In this document: piece by piece, positions 31,621 to 42,464 of the stretch | How the letters are laid out: each line of letters starts with the position of its first letter | How positions within the stretch are numbered: position 1 is the stretch's first letter | Assembly (NCBI GenBank): GCA_024413465.1 | Contig: JAKSVU010000001.1 | Location: forward strand, 90,934-154,933 | Source: Alphaproteobacteria bacterium | GTDB lineage: Bacteria; Pseudomonadota; Alphaproteobacteria; CAAGCB01; CAG-977 | Length of the DNA stretch: 64,000 nt | Direction: 5' to 3' | Notes under the pieces: model-generated | Database searches by the model: none | What the model was told of the DNA's origin: nothing | The model's input: only the letters and a program-made list of their open reading frames with translations | Program-made: the position numbers and the translations under genes

Positions 31621-34131
31621 TTAATCGTAATATGAATCTTTTTTTAGAAAAGCTGGAATCTCTGAAGCAGAAATAGGTTTACTTATAAAATAACCTTGTA
31701 TAACATCACATCCTTGTTTTTGTAATAGTTCAAGTTGTTCCTTTGTTTCGACCCCTTCAGATACAATTTCTAACCCTAAAGTATGTCCAAGATTAATAAT
31801 TGCATGAGCAATTTCAGCGTCATCATAATTGTTTGTCATATCTCTAACAAAGGACTGATCTATTTTTAAACGATTTACCTTAAATTTTTTCAAATAACTT
31901 AATGAAGAATACCCTGTTCCAAAATCATCAATTGCTAATTTTATTCCTAATTTAGATAGTCTTGATAAAATGTTATCTGCTTTTCTTGCATCTTGCATGA
32001 CGACACTTTCTGTTAATTCAAGCTCTAATTGATCTGTTCCAACACCACTTTCGTCGAGAGCCTTCTCCACAACACCGACTAAATCCTCTTGTTGGAACTG
32101 AACTGCAGATAAATTTACAGCAACAGAAATTTTTGGAAGTCCCATTTCTTCCCAAATTTTTACATGACGGAGTGCTTCTTTTAGAATCCAATCTCCTAAA
32201 GGAATAATCAAACCTGTATCTTCAGCAATTGGAATAAACTTCATCGGGGACACCATTCCTCTCGTAGGGTGCATCCACCTAATCAAAGCTTCTGCTGACA
32301 AAATTTTTTTTGTTTTAACATCATATTGTGGTTGAAAATATAAAACAAATTCATTTTGCAAAATAGCTTTTCTAAGATCTCTTTCTAACGCCAGATGGTC
32401 TTCTGTTTCTTCATTCATTTCTTGAGAGAAGAAAAAATAACTGTTTGGTGAAGAATGAGATGCTGTCCTTAAAGCCATATCTGCATAGTTTACCATTTTA
32501 TCAGCATCATCACCATCATCTGGAAATATTGAAATCCCAACACAAGCACCAACATTAACTTCAGTATTTTCAATTTGAATCGGAGCTAACGTACTTTCAA
32601 TCATTAACCGAGCAAAACTGGCGGCAGCCTCCGCATTTTTAACGTTTGAAACAATTACAGCAAATTCATCACCACCGATTCGTGCAACAAAATCCTGATC
32701 TGAAAAAATTTTTATCAGTCTGTCTCCAACGATTTTTAATAATGTATCGCCAGCTGAATGCCCTAAGGTATCGTTAATTCGATTGAAGTTTGTCAAATCA
32801 GCAAATAAAACTGCTACTTTTTTTTCATTATTTTTTGCTCTAGTGAGAACAGATTGCAATTTTTCATAGAACAAATTTCTGTTAGGCAATCCTGTTAATT
32901 GGTCATAATTTGCCAACTTTAGTATGATACCTTCAGCATTTTTTCTTTCAGTTACATCTTCCCGGACAAAAATGCAGTTCATAAGTTTTTTATTGCTGTT
33001 TAGTATAGGCGTTATACATTGTTCAACAGAATATAAAGCTCCTGTTTTTTTTCGTTCAATAATTTCATTTTTCCACGTTTTTCCTGCATTTAAGCAATCC
33101 CACATGTTTTTATAAAAGGCATCATCTTGATTTTCATAGTGTAAAAAGTTTAAAGAATAACCAATGAGTTCATCACTATCGTATCCACTTAATTCACAGA
33201 AAGCAGGATTAACCCATAAAACGATTCCGCTTTGATCAGTAATTGCAAAAGCATTGTGAGATGTTTCTAAAGCTGTTCTTTGTAATCTTAAATTTTGTTG
33301 GTCATGGGACATTTGAACAGCCATGGCTATACGTAAAGCAAAAGTCTCCATTCGCTGAATCATCATATCGTCTAAGCGACCTAATTTTGAATGAATTTCT
33401 AGAACGCCTTCAACTCCATCATGTGTAATTAATGGGAAAACAATAATTTGACGAATATGTTCTCTTCCGTCATCATCAATGACTTTATCATCATCTAGAG
33501 CAACAACCACTGTTTTTCTTGAACGGATTGCCTGTCCTGTAGGACCAAATTTTTCCGTCAAATCATCCCAATGTATGTCGTGAGATGGAAAATTCTTGGA
33601 TAAAAGTCCCTTTGCTGATTGAACTTCAACCAATCCAGTTGATAATTTTTTTCCTAACCAAACCAATGGAAAATCAAATAAACTCACCAATTTTTCACAA
33701 ATAAATGAAGCAAATTGACTATCTGATTGTCCTCGCATTACTCGACGTAATACAGTATGAAGAATAGCATCTAAACTTTCAGAAGCTTGTCTTCTTGAAA
33801 TATCTCTTACTTGACATAAAAAATTTTTTTCAGTTTTTGTTAAGATTACCTCAACTGAAAATTCAGAATCATCTTTTCGAATGCCTGTGATTTCTATGGT
33901 ATTTGCAATTTCCATTTGATCCAATAGTTTTACAACACCACCCCAATTACCTTTGTCAGATGTAATGCTAGGAAACAGTGTTTTTAATGGTTTGTTGTAT
34001 AACTCACCATCTGCATATCCAAACATCTTGAGACATGCTGTATTCGCAAAAAGGATATTTCCAAAACTATCAACGGAAATAACCGAACTTTGATTACTTT
34101 CTAGAATTTGAGACAGAACACAATACTCCAA
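31621..34131 (-). CDS. PAS-GAF-PAS-GGDEF-EAL c-di-GMP cyclase/phosphodiesterase
   Basis: Two PAS domains, GAF (GPTGQAIRS), DQLTGLPNR, RIGGDEF, EALIRW, DDFGTGYSS; TTG start uncertain. Confidence 0.93.
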   Translation of the reverse strand: MEYCVLSQILESNQSSVISVDSFGNILFANTACLKMFGYADGELYNKPLKTLFPSITSDKGNWGGVVKLLDQMEIANTIEITGIRKDDSEFSVEVILTKTEKNFLCQVRDISRRQASESLDAILHTVLRRVMRGQSDSQFASFICEKLVSLFDFPLVWLGKKLSTGLVEVQSAKGLLSKNFPSHDIHWDDLTEKFGPTGQAIRSRKTVVVALDDDKVIDDDGREHIRQIIVFPLITHDGVEGVLEIHSKLGRLDDMMIQRMETFALRIAMAVQMSHDQQNLRLQRTALETSHNAFAITDQSGIVLWVNPAFCELSGYDSDELIGYSLNFLHYENQDDAFYKNMWDCLNAGKTWKNEIIERKKTGALYSVEQCITPILNSNKKLMNCIFVREDVTERKNAEGIILKLANYDQLTGLPNRNLFYEKLQSVLTRAKNNEKKVAVLFADLTNFNRINDTLGHSAGDTLLKIVGDRLIKIFSDQDFVARIGGDEFAVIVSNVKNAEAAASFARLMIESTLAPIQIENTEVNVGACVGISIFPDDGDDADKMVNYADMALRTASHSSPNSYFFFSQEMNEETEDHLALERDLRKAILQNEFVLYFQPQYDVKTKKILSAEALIRWMHPTRGMVSPMKFIPIAEDTGLIIPLGDWILKEALRHVKIWEEMGLPKISVAVNLSAVQFQQEDLVGVVEKALDESGVGTDQLELELTESVVMQDARKADNILSRLSKLGIKLAIDDFGTGYSSLSYLKKFKVNRLKIDQSFVRDMTNNYDDAEIAHAIINLGHTLGLEIVSEGVETKEQLELLQKQGCDVIQGYFISKPISASEIPAFLKKDSYYD

Positions 34132-34285
34132 AATAACTTATTGATTTATATACCTTAAAAAAAATTTTTGCAATCGAATTTATAACATGTTAATCGAAAT
34201 AAACTATTTTTTGAATTGATTTATTGTCAGTTACAATGTAAAAAGTATGAAAATATACACTAAATTTTGTGTTAGGAGCACATAG

Positions 34286-35083
34286 ATGAATAAGAGTTCT
34301 TTGGTAGGAATTTTACTTGGTTGGGGGATTATTTTCGGAACGATCCGTTTGTCAACACCAGACATCTTAATGTTTTGGGATTTTCCTAGCTTTTTGTTGG
34401 TTATTATTGGTCCATATTTTGCAATGTTGATGGGATTTAGCGGTAGAGACGTCAACTTGGCAAACAAACAGTGGTTGTCAATTTTCAAATCCTATCATGA
34501 TAGCGATCTTTCTTACAAGGAGGAAATTGGTCGTTTAGTTCACTATGCTTCAGTTGCTCAAAAAGGTGGTCCTACAGCAATTGACCAAATTATTACAACT
34601 CTATCTGAAGATGATAAGTTTACTAGATTTGGTTTTGAACTTGCGAGCACTGGTTTTAGTGCTCAAGATATTAGAGATCTTTTAAAAGAAGCTGCATATA
34701 GCACTTATTCAAGACAAGGAAAACCTGCTGAAATTTTAAACCAAATTGGTGCAAATGGACCTGCTTTTGGAATGGCAGGAACATTAATTGGACTTGTTGT
34801 TATGTTAGGAAATATGGGGGCAGATCCTTCAGCTATTGGTTCAGGTATGGCTGTGGCTTTGATTACAACTTTCTATGGTGTTTTAGCTGCTAGATTGATT
34901 TATTTACCAGCTGGTATGCGCTTAAATGGAAGAAATGATGATACTCTCTTTCATAACCTTTTAATTGCTGAAGCAGTTGCTCTAATTGCTGACAGAAAGC
35001 AACCTCGTTTTATTCAAGAAAAATTAAACGCTTTCGTTGATCCATCTGAACGTTTCAGTATTGATGATGATCCTCAGAAGTAA
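34286..35083 (+). CDS. motA: MotA/PomA-family ion-channel stator subunit
   Basis: Four TM segments; GPAFGMAGTLIGLVVML, MAVALITTFYG. Confidence 0.88.
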   Translation: MNKSSLVGILLGWGIIFGTIRLSTPDILMFWDFPSFLLVIIGPYFAMLMGFSGRDVNLANKQWLSIFKSYHDSDLSYKEEIGRLVHYASVAQKGGPTAIDQIITTLSEDDKFTRFGFELASTGFSAQDIRDLLKEAAYSTYSRQGKPAEILNQIGANGPAFGMAGTLIGLVVMLGNMGADPSAIGSGMAVALITTFYGVLAARLIYLPAGMRLNGRNDDTLFHNLLIAEAVALIADRKQPRFIQEKLNAFVDPSERFSIDDDPQK

Positions 35084-35097
35084 GGGAGATATTTCTA

Positions 35098-35757
35098 ATG
35101 GGAGCTCCTAAAAAAAAGGAAGTAAATGCAGATGATTGGCAAGGAACATACGGTGACTGTGTTACACTGTTACTCTGTTTCTTTGTTATGTTATTAGCTG
35201 CTTCAAAAATGGATTCTGTTATGTTTGAACAGATCAGGACAGGTATTGCAAGAGATTTAACTAATGAAAAAATTGATCAGCCAATTCAAATGTTAATGGC
35301 AGATTTACAATCTGATATTCAGTCTATGAATTTGAATAACGAGGCTTTAATTGGTAATGATCATATGGGAATTATGTTAGATTTGGAAACAGATGCCTTC
35401 TTTGATCCAGGTTCAGCTGAATTAAAACCAGATGCTATAAAAATCATTAAAAAAATGTCTGCCACTTTACGTGAAGAACGTTACAATATGTTTAAATTCG
35501 AAGTTCAAGGGCATACAGACGATACGAATGTTATTTCCGAAAAATACCCATCAAATTGGGAATTGTCATCAGCAAGAGCATCTTCTGTTGCTAGAGCATT
35601 AATAGAAAATGGTATTACAAAAACGAGATTACGTGCTGTTGGTATGGCTGATATTCAACCTAAATATCCAAATAGAGATGCAGATGGTATGCCCATTCCA
35701 CATAATCAAAGAAGAAATCGGCGCGTAGTACTTAGGATGGATCCTGTATACAACTAA
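35098..35757 (+). CDS. motB: MotB/PomB-family stator subunit with OmpA-like domain
   Basis: WQGTYGDCVTLLLCFFVML (channel Asp), GHTDD, SNWELSSARA, NRRV. Confidence 0.9.
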   Translation: MGAPKKKEVNADDWQGTYGDCVTLLLCFFVMLLAASKMDSVMFEQIRTGIARDLTNEKIDQPIQMLMADLQSDIQSMNLNNEALIGNDHMGIMLDLETDAFFDPGSAELKPDAIKIIKKMSATLREERYNMFKFEVQGHTDDTNVISEKYPSNWELSSARASSVARALIENGITKTRLRAVGMADIQPKYPNRDADGMPIPHNQRRNRRVVLRMDPVYN

Positions 35758-36496
35758 TAATCCATTGAATATCTTTTTTTAGACAATCTAGAGCATCATT
35801 ATCTGATAATCGATGATTTGATTTTTTTATAAGTGTTAATTTACACTTATTGCTTTTTATCAAATCAATTAATTTCAAAGAGTTTTTAAAGGAAACACAA
35901 TCATCTTTTTTTCCATGAATAATAGCAATGGGGATGTTTAATTTTATTGTTTTATTCGTTAAATAATACTGTTTTACACCTGTAAAAAGATTAATTCCCC
36001 AAGGTTCTCCTTCTTTAGACCAATCACATGGAGTATAAATTATACCTTGAGACTTTATTTTTCTTTTTTGATAAGTTGAAAAACTTTTCCACAATTCTTT
36101 TGTAAAATCCAATGCTGGTGCTAAACCTATTATACCAACTATTTGTTTCGGTAATGAAATTGCTGCTAAAAATGCTATCCATCCCCCCATAGAACTTCCA
36201 ACTAAAATGATTTTGTTGCTTCTAATGCTTTGAATAACATGTATTGCATCTTCTAGCCAATCGCTAATAGAACATTCTGTATATTTTTTATTGGATAATC
36301 CATGCCCAGAAAAATCAAATGATAAAAAAGAAATGTTATTTTCCTGGCAAAAATTTTCTAAGAAAAAAGCTTTTGTAGAATTCTTATCAGATAAAGTCCC
36401 ATGCATAAAAACAACAGTAAAATCTCCACCATTTTCATTATAATGGTAAGATATTTTTTTATCTGAAAATTGAAGAAAATCGTCCATTTTTTTCAT
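35732..36496 (-). CDS. Alpha/beta hydrolase
   Basis: HG oxyanion motif, GSSMGG nucleophile elbow, HGKKDDCV, HRLS. Confidence 0.9.
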   Translation of the reverse strand: MKKMDDFLQFSDKKISYHYNENGGDFTVVFMHGTLSDKNSTKAFFLENFCQENNISFLSFDFSGHGLSNKKYTECSISDWLEDAIHVIQSIRSNKIILVGSSMGGWIAFLAAISLPKQIVGIIGLAPALDFTKELWKSFSTYQKRKIKSQGIIYTPCDWSKEGEPWGINLFTGVKQYYLTNKTIKLNIPIAIIHGKKDDCVSFKNSLKLIDLIKSNKCKLTLIKKSNHRLSDNDALDCLKKDIQWIISCIQDPS

Positions 36497-36505
36497 TATG
36501 TCGTA

Positions 36506-38011
36506 TTAAAAATCGAAAAAATCATCTGAATCAGAAGTTTTATTTGTTTCTTTCACAAGATCATTTTCTATTTCATCTTTTTTTTCAAATTTACTTTTGA
36601 TTTTTGCTAACAAACCTTGAGACTGTTGATTTTCTGGGATTTTATTATATTCATCTGCTAATTTTTCTCCTGTTTGACGAATTTCTAAATCGAAACTATC
36701 ATCTAACATTTTTAAGGTTTCATCAATAAATGGTGCTGAATTATCATCAGTATATTTTTTTGCAAGTAATACGTACATGTAACATTTTGCCAAATCAGGA
36801 TCTACAACATTTCCTTCACAATATATTGGAGCAAGTTTAAAAAAAGCTATGGGATTATTTTTTTTACTAGCTTCCGTATACCACTTTAAAGCCGTAGATT
36901 CGTCGGATTGTAAACCTTGACCTAACATGTATAAGTCTCCCAATGCTATTTGTGCAATCACATTTCCACTACTAGCTGTATTTTCAAGTTTTGTTAAAAT
37001 TGGCCTAAAATCATTTTTTTTAATAGCATCATTTAATTCTTTTCTACCAATTCCGGCTGCAACCAACATTGTTTCCTTGTCAGTTTTTACAGTTAGTTCG
37101 ATTTGTTCTTGTTCTGCCTTTGATGAATTACTTTTCTTTTGAGGTATATCTTCATCTAGAAATGTTTCACCTTGTAGAGCTGGAATGGATTCAGAACGAC
37201 TTTTTTTGTGCCATTTTTGAGCTCGCCTTTGAGCTTCAAGTATTTCCTCAGGCTTCATTTTTTTTGTAATCTCTTCACGTCTTAAAGATGCTTCATCTTT
37301 TAATGTCTGTGTAGTTGCATATGCAGATACAAGGTTGTAGTACGTATGTGCCCCTGTCATGCTGTAGGGTAAACCTCTCATACTTGTATTACTGAACAAT
37401 TTAGCTAAATCCATTTGAGCATCAAAGTCTCCCTGATCTGCAGCTAACTTATGCCAACGAATTGCAGCATTGAAATTTTGAGGTGTACCTTCTCCTTTTA
37501 GATACATCTTTCCCAAAGCATATTGAGCTGGACCATATCCTTGTTCTCCTGATTTTTTATAATATTCGAAAGCTTTTATTATATTTTTCTTAACACCAGT
37601 TCCTTCTTCAAGCATTAGACCTATATTATATTGAGCAGCATAATTTCCTTTTTGTGCTGAAATCTTATACCACTTCAAAGCGTCTGCATAATTTTTTTCA
37701 ACGCCTCTCCCCATATAGAAAGCATTACCTAATTTTAAGGCTGAATTTTCGTTTCCATTTTCTGCTGATAATTTATACAGCTGTAAAGCTTTATCAGAAT
37801 CTTGTTCAACGCCCCAACCATTTTCATACAGTCTTCCTAATTGATATCTAGCTTCTTCATTTTGTTCAACATCAATTAGTCGATTTAATTCTTTTAAAGC
37901 AAAGGTATAATCTTCTTCTTTTATAGAATCTAACGCTTCCTGTAATGTAGCGTTTACTTGAAAAGGTAATGATGAAATTAGATAAAAAAGAAATAAACTG
38001 TTTTTTTTCAT
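36506..38011 (-). CDS. Exported Sel1-like repeat protein
   Basis: Signal peptide; repeated AQY.LG.MY..G.GV..D...A..WY..SA..G units in two blocks. Confidence 0.9.
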   Translation of the reverse strand: MKKNSLFLFYLISSLPFQVNATLQEALDSIKEEDYTFALKELNRLIDVEQNEEARYQLGRLYENGWGVEQDSDKALQLYKLSAENGNENSALKLGNAFYMGRGVEKNYADALKWYKISAQKGNYAAQYNIGLMLEEGTGVKKNIIKAFEYYKKSGEQGYGPAQYALGKMYLKGEGTPQNFNAAIRWHKLAADQGDFDAQMDLAKLFSNTSMRGLPYSMTGAHTYYNLVSAYATTQTLKDEASLRREEITKKMKPEEILEAQRRAQKWHKKSRSESIPALQGETFLDEDIPQKKSNSSKAEQEQIELTVKTDKETMLVAAGIGRKELNDAIKKNDFRPILTKLENTASSGNVIAQIALGDLYMLGQGLQSDESTALKWYTEASKKNNPIAFFKLAPIYCEGNVVDPDLAKCYMYVLLAKKYTDDNSAPFIDETLKMLDDSFDLEIRQTGEKLADEYNKIPENQQSQGLLAKIKSKFEKKDEIENDLVKETNKTSDSDDFFDF

Positions 38012-38022
38012 ATAATAAACCT

Positions 38023-38892
38023 TTATTTGAATATAACTGTTCGTACACCATTTAGTAAAATACGTCTCTCAATATGGTATCTCAATGCCCTAGATAATAC
38101 AATATTTTCTAAATCTTTTCCCATTGCCACGAGTTGCTCAGGTGTATTTGTATGATCAACTCTTTCAACAGCTTGTTCAATAATAGGTCCTTCATCAAGA
38201 TTTGCAGTAACATAATGAGCTGTGGCTCCAATTAACTTTACCCCACGTTCATAAGCTTGGTGATAAGGTTTAGCACCTTTGAAACTAGGTAAAAATGAAT
38301 GATGGATATTAATACAATGTCCTGCTAATTCAGAACACATTTCATCAGATAATATCTGCATATATCTTGCCAAAACAACCAAATCTACGTGTAAATCTTT
38401 GTATAATTTTATAATTTTATTTTCCTGAATGCGTTTTTCCTCAAAAGAAGATCCTTTTGGAAGAGGAAAGTAAAAATAAGGTATTTTGTGCCATTCTACG
38501 AAATCCCTCATATCTTCGTGATTAGAAATAACTCCTGCAATTTCAATGTTTAATAATCCGGTTCTGTATCTTTGAAGGATATCATTTAAGCAATGACTTT
38601 CTTTTGAAACTAATAACAATAATCTAGCAGGTCTATCTGCATTATGGATTTTCCAATCCATTTTAAATTCAGCAGCTAAAGGCTTTAAGGATTCTTTTAA
38701 AACAGACCTCATACTCTCACTATTTTCAGTTGTAAAAACGATCCTCATAAAAAATCTTTTGCTTAAATCATCCCCAAATTGAGCAGCTTCTTTTATGAAG
38801 CCACCTTCTGCTGATATTTTTGTAAAAACTTTAGCAGCAATTCCCATTCTATCTGGACAACTCAAAGTTAAAACATGTGTTTCTTTTACCAT
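38023..38892 (-). CDS. purU: Formyltetrahydrofolate deformylase
   Basis: ACT domain CPDRMG; LARYMQIL, NIHHSFLPSFKGAKPY, GATAHYVT. Confidence 0.96.
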   Translation of the reverse strand: MVKETHVLTLSCPDRMGIAAKVFTKISAEGGFIKEAAQFGDDLSKRFFMRIVFTTENSESMRSVLKESLKPLAAEFKMDWKIHNADRPARLLLLVSKESHCLNDILQRYRTGLLNIEIAGVISNHEDMRDFVEWHKIPYFYFPLPKGSSFEEKRIQENKIIKLYKDLHVDLVVLARYMQILSDEMCSELAGHCINIHHSFLPSFKGAKPYHQAYERGVKLIGATAHYVTANLDEGPIIEQAVERVDHTNTPEQLVAMGKDLENIVLSRALRYHIERRILLNGVRTVIFK

Positions 38893-38928
38893 ATCGCCCT
38901 TAACCCTCTGTATTAAGTATAGTAGTTA

Positions 38929-41900
38929 TCATTTTGATTTTTCAGAACTTATCTTAGATAATATGGATACTATTTGCTGAATACCCCTTAATTGTTTTTC
39001 AGGTTCATCCCACTTTTGTAAACATAATATTTTTTGATCAGATCTGACTGAAATTTTTTTATTATTTAATGTAATGAATTTAATCAATCCTGCTGGATTT
39101 GCAAATAAATTATTATGAAATGTTATTAAAGCTCCATTTGTTCCAGCTTCAATTTTTTCAATATTTATTTTTTTACACTCTATTTTTATTATTATAACTT
39201 CAATTAAATTTTCAAATTCTTTAGGTATTTTTCCAAAACGATTTTCCATTTCGAATTTTAGATTATTAATTTCTGATACGTCTTGAATATCTGCTAATCT
39301 TTTATATATTCCCATCCGAATTCCTAAATCTGGAATATAATTTTCAGGAATAAGAACCGAAACACCTGTTGATATTTGTGGAGACCAATAATTATCAGAT
39401 ATTTCTGCCTCTTTATTACAATTTTTGATTACGTTAATTGCATCTTCAAGCATTTTTTGGTAGAGCTCTATTCCCACTTCTTTTATATGACCAGATTGTT
39501 CTTCCCCTAAAAGATTCCCAGCTCCTCTTATATCTAGGTCATAGCTAGCTAAGTTAAAACCTGCACCTAATGTATCCATTTTTTGCATAAAATTTAGTCT
39601 TTTCATTGCAACATCATTGATTGTTTGATTTGAAGGTATTGTTAAATATGCATAACCTCTATTTTTCCCACGCCCTACTCTTCCACGCAATTGGTATAAT
39701 TGAGATAAACCAAACATATTTGATTTATGGATAATAATTGTATTTACATTTGGAATATCTAATCCAGATTCAATAATGGTTGTAGCAAGAAGTAAATCGT
39801 ATTTTTTGTCTAAAAAATCAGACATAATATTTTCTAACTCATTTGAAGCCATTTGACCATGTGCTTCAATAAGTTTTAGATCAGGAATTATTTCATTAAG
39901 AATTTTTTTTACGTTAGGTAAATCAGATATTTTAGGGCAAACATAAAAAATTTGTCCTCCTCTACTTCTTTCTCGTAAAATAGCATCTTTAATAACAACA
40001 GGATCAAATGGTAAAACAAACGTTCGGACAGCAATTCTATCTACAGGAGGTGTTGTTATTACGCTCAACTCTCTAATACCGGTTAATGACATTTGTAATG
40101 TCCTTGGAATTGGCGTTGCTGTTAATGTTAAAATGTGGACATTACTTTGTAATTGTTTTATTTTTTCCTTATGAGAAACGCCAAAGTGTTGTTCTTCATC
40201 TATAATTAGCATTCCAAGATTATGATATTCTATATTTTTTGACAGTAATGAATGGGTTCCAATAATAATATCAATTTTTCCATCAGCTAATTCTTTTTTT
40301 ATTTCTAAAGACTTTTTGGAAGAAACTAATCTAGATAATTGAGCAATTTTTAAAGGATAATCCTGAAATCTTTTTGAAAAAGTTTCATAATGTTGTCTTG
40401 CAAGTAAAGTTGTCGGAACAATAACAGCAACTTGAAAACCATTTATAGCGCAAATAAAAGCAGCTCTTAATGCTACCTCTGTTTTTCCAAAACCAACATC
40501 CCCACAAATTAATCGATCCATTGGTTTGCCACTATTTAGATCAGAAACAACATCTTTTATGGCATTTTCTTGATCCTCAGTTTCTGTATAAGGAAATTTA
40601 GAACAAAAATCATCATATATATGACTTGGTACACTCAAAATTTCTGCTTTTTTTAGATAACGTTCTGCTGCTATTTTTATCAATTTTTCTGCGATTTCTT
40701 TTATTTTTTTCTGCAAACGTTCTTTTTTTGCTTGCCAAGCATGTCCACCTAAAACATCCAAAGTAACATTTGTGTTTTCAGAACCATATTTTGATAAGAC
40801 TTCAATATTTTCGACAGGAACATACAATTTATCACTATTTTGATAAACTAAACAAAGACAGTCATGCAAAGCCCCACAAACATTTAAGGTTTTTAAACCT
40901 GAATATTTCCCAATTCCATGTTCAATATGAACAATTAAATCGCCATCCGAAATAGTAGAAATATCTCGGATAAAATTCTTATTTTTTTTATTTTTCTTTT
41001 TGGGTGAAACTTGAATTAAGCGTTCCCCTAAAATGTCAGTTTCAGAAATAATAATAAAATCGTCTGTTTCAAATCCATTTTCTTGTGGAAAAATTAAACA
41101 AGGAATCTGTTTTTTTAATTTAAAAACTTCACTCCATGAAGATACTTCTGTAAGATTTAAATTTTCTTCTTGTAGTAAAGAAGTGAGGCGAATTAAACTA
41201 CTTTTGCTCCATGCTGTTAGTATGATTTTTTTATTTTCATTCTTTATAAAATTTGAAATTTCACGATAGATATTTCTTTTATCTAAACATGTGAGAAAAA
41301 AATTTCTACTATTTTTCCAATGAATATTATTAAGTTGATTCGAATTTGGATAATCAAAAGGACAAACATCATAATTAGGCATTAACGATATTTTCTCTTC
41401 TAAAAACTGTTTATCCATAAACAGCATTTCTTTAGGAACAGGTCTATAAATATTTTTTTCATCTGACTGATGTGTGTTTAAATTTGAAATTCTTGCCTGA
41501 TAAAATTCATTAATTTGTTCTATCTTATATTTTAACATTTCTTCAAATTGATAATCTTTCAAAATTGTATAATTAGGGATAAAATCAAATAACGAACTTA
41601 AATTGTCATAAAAAAAAGGAAGCCAATTTTCTATTCCAGGATATTTTTTCCCTTCAGAAATATTTTGATATAAAATATCGTCCTCACCTACTCCATAAAT
41701 AGAACGATACATAGTTCTAAAATGGGATATACTTTCTTTGTTTAAAATGATTTCATTTGCAGGTTTGAAATTAAAAAACGTTATATTCTTTGATGTTATT
41801 TGTGTAATAGGATCAAATAATCGAATGGATTCTATTTCATCTCCAAATAAATCTAATCGTACAGGCTCTTCAAATCCAGCTGGAAATATATCTATAATTC

Positions 41901-42387
41901 CCCCTCTAATTGCATACTCACCACACTCCATTACTTGTTCTGTTTTTTGATAACCATTATTAGCTAAATATTCCTTTAGAGACAAAATATCTAAATTGTT
42001 CCCGACTTCTATTTTATATGATTTTTCAAAAAAATTTTTGGGTGGTAGTTTTTGTAAAATTGCAGGAATTGAAGTTAACAATAACGTGTTTGAATTTTCA
42101 TCATCATTATTTAGAAAAGATAATGTGTTTATTCTTTTTGAAATAATGTCAGAACTAGGAGAAATTCTATCATAAGGAACTGTATCCCAACTTGGAAACA
42201 CAAGTAAATTAAAGTTAATACCATAAAACAAAATTTCTTGTTCAATTTGTTGTAATCTTTTTTCATCTCTACAGATAAAAACTATTTTTTTTACTTGATG
42301 AGTTAACTGATTTAAAAAATAAGCGGTTGATGCTTCTGGAATTCCAGATAAAATTTTACAATCAGAATTGTCGATAATTTTCATCAT
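38929..42387 (-). CDS. mfd: Transcription-repair coupling factor
   Basis: UvrB-homology region, RID (VHIEHGIG), GDVGFGKTEVA, DEEQHFG, QLRGRVGR, TRG motif; start behind GGAG. Confidence 0.96.
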   Translation of the reverse strand: MMKIIDNSDCKILSGIPEASTAYFLNQLTHQVKKIVFICRDEKRLQQIEQEILFYGINFNLLVFPSWDTVPYDRISPSSDIISKRINTLSFLNNDDENSNTLLLTSIPAILQKLPPKNFFEKSYKIEVGNNLDILSLKEYLANNGYQKTEQVMECGEYAIRGGIIDIFPAGFEEPVRLDLFGDEIESIRLFDPITQITSKNITFFNFKPANEIILNKESISHFRTMYRSIYGVGEDDILYQNISEGKKYPGIENWLPFFYDNLSSLFDFIPNYTILKDYQFEEMLKYKIEQINEFYQARISNLNTHQSDEKNIYRPVPKEMLFMDKQFLEEKISLMPNYDVCPFDYPNSNQLNNIHWKNSRNFFLTCLDKRNIYREISNFIKNENKKIILTAWSKSSLIRLTSLLQEENLNLTEVSSWSEVFKLKKQIPCLIFPQENGFETDDFIIISETDILGERLIQVSPKKKNKKNKNFIRDISTISDGDLIVHIEHGIGKYSGLKTLNVCGALHDCLCLVYQNSDKLYVPVENIEVLSKYGSENTNVTLDVLGGHAWQAKKERLQKKIKEIAEKLIKIAAERYLKKAEILSVPSHIYDDFCSKFPYTETEDQENAIKDVVSDLNSGKPMDRLICGDVGFGKTEVALRAAFICAINGFQVAVIVPTTLLARQHYETFSKRFQDYPLKIAQLSRLVSSKKSLEIKKELADGKIDIIIGTHSLLSKNIEYHNLGMLIIDEEQHFGVSHKEKIKQLQSNVHILTLTATPIPRTLQMSLTGIRELSVITTPPVDRIAVRTFVLPFDPVVIKDAILRERSRGGQIFYVCPKISDLPNVKKILNEIIPDLKLIEAHGQMASNELENIMSDFLDKKYDLLLATTIIESGLDIPNVNTIIIHKSNMFGLSQLYQLRGRVGRGKNRGYAYLTIPSNQTINDVAMKRLNFMQKMDTLGAGFNLASYDLDIRGAGNLLGEEQSGHIKEVGIELYQKMLEDAINVIKNCNKEAEISDNYWSPQISTGVSVLIPENYIPDLGIRMGIYKRLADIQDVSEINNLKFEMENRFGKIPKEFENLIEVIIIKIECKKINIEKIEAGTNGALITFHNNLFANPAGLIKFITLNNKKISVRSDQKILCLQKWDEPEKQLRGIQQIVSILSKISSEKSK

Positions 42388-42464
42388 TATACTTGCTCCA
42401 ATTATCAAAAATTAATACAATATATTGTGTAGAAAATCATTATTTATTTTTTTTGAATGCAACT

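Noticed and set aside
34286-35757. MotAB as Zorya ZorAB
   Set aside because: MotA is 265 aa without the long ZorA tail, and no zorC/D/E-like neighbours are present
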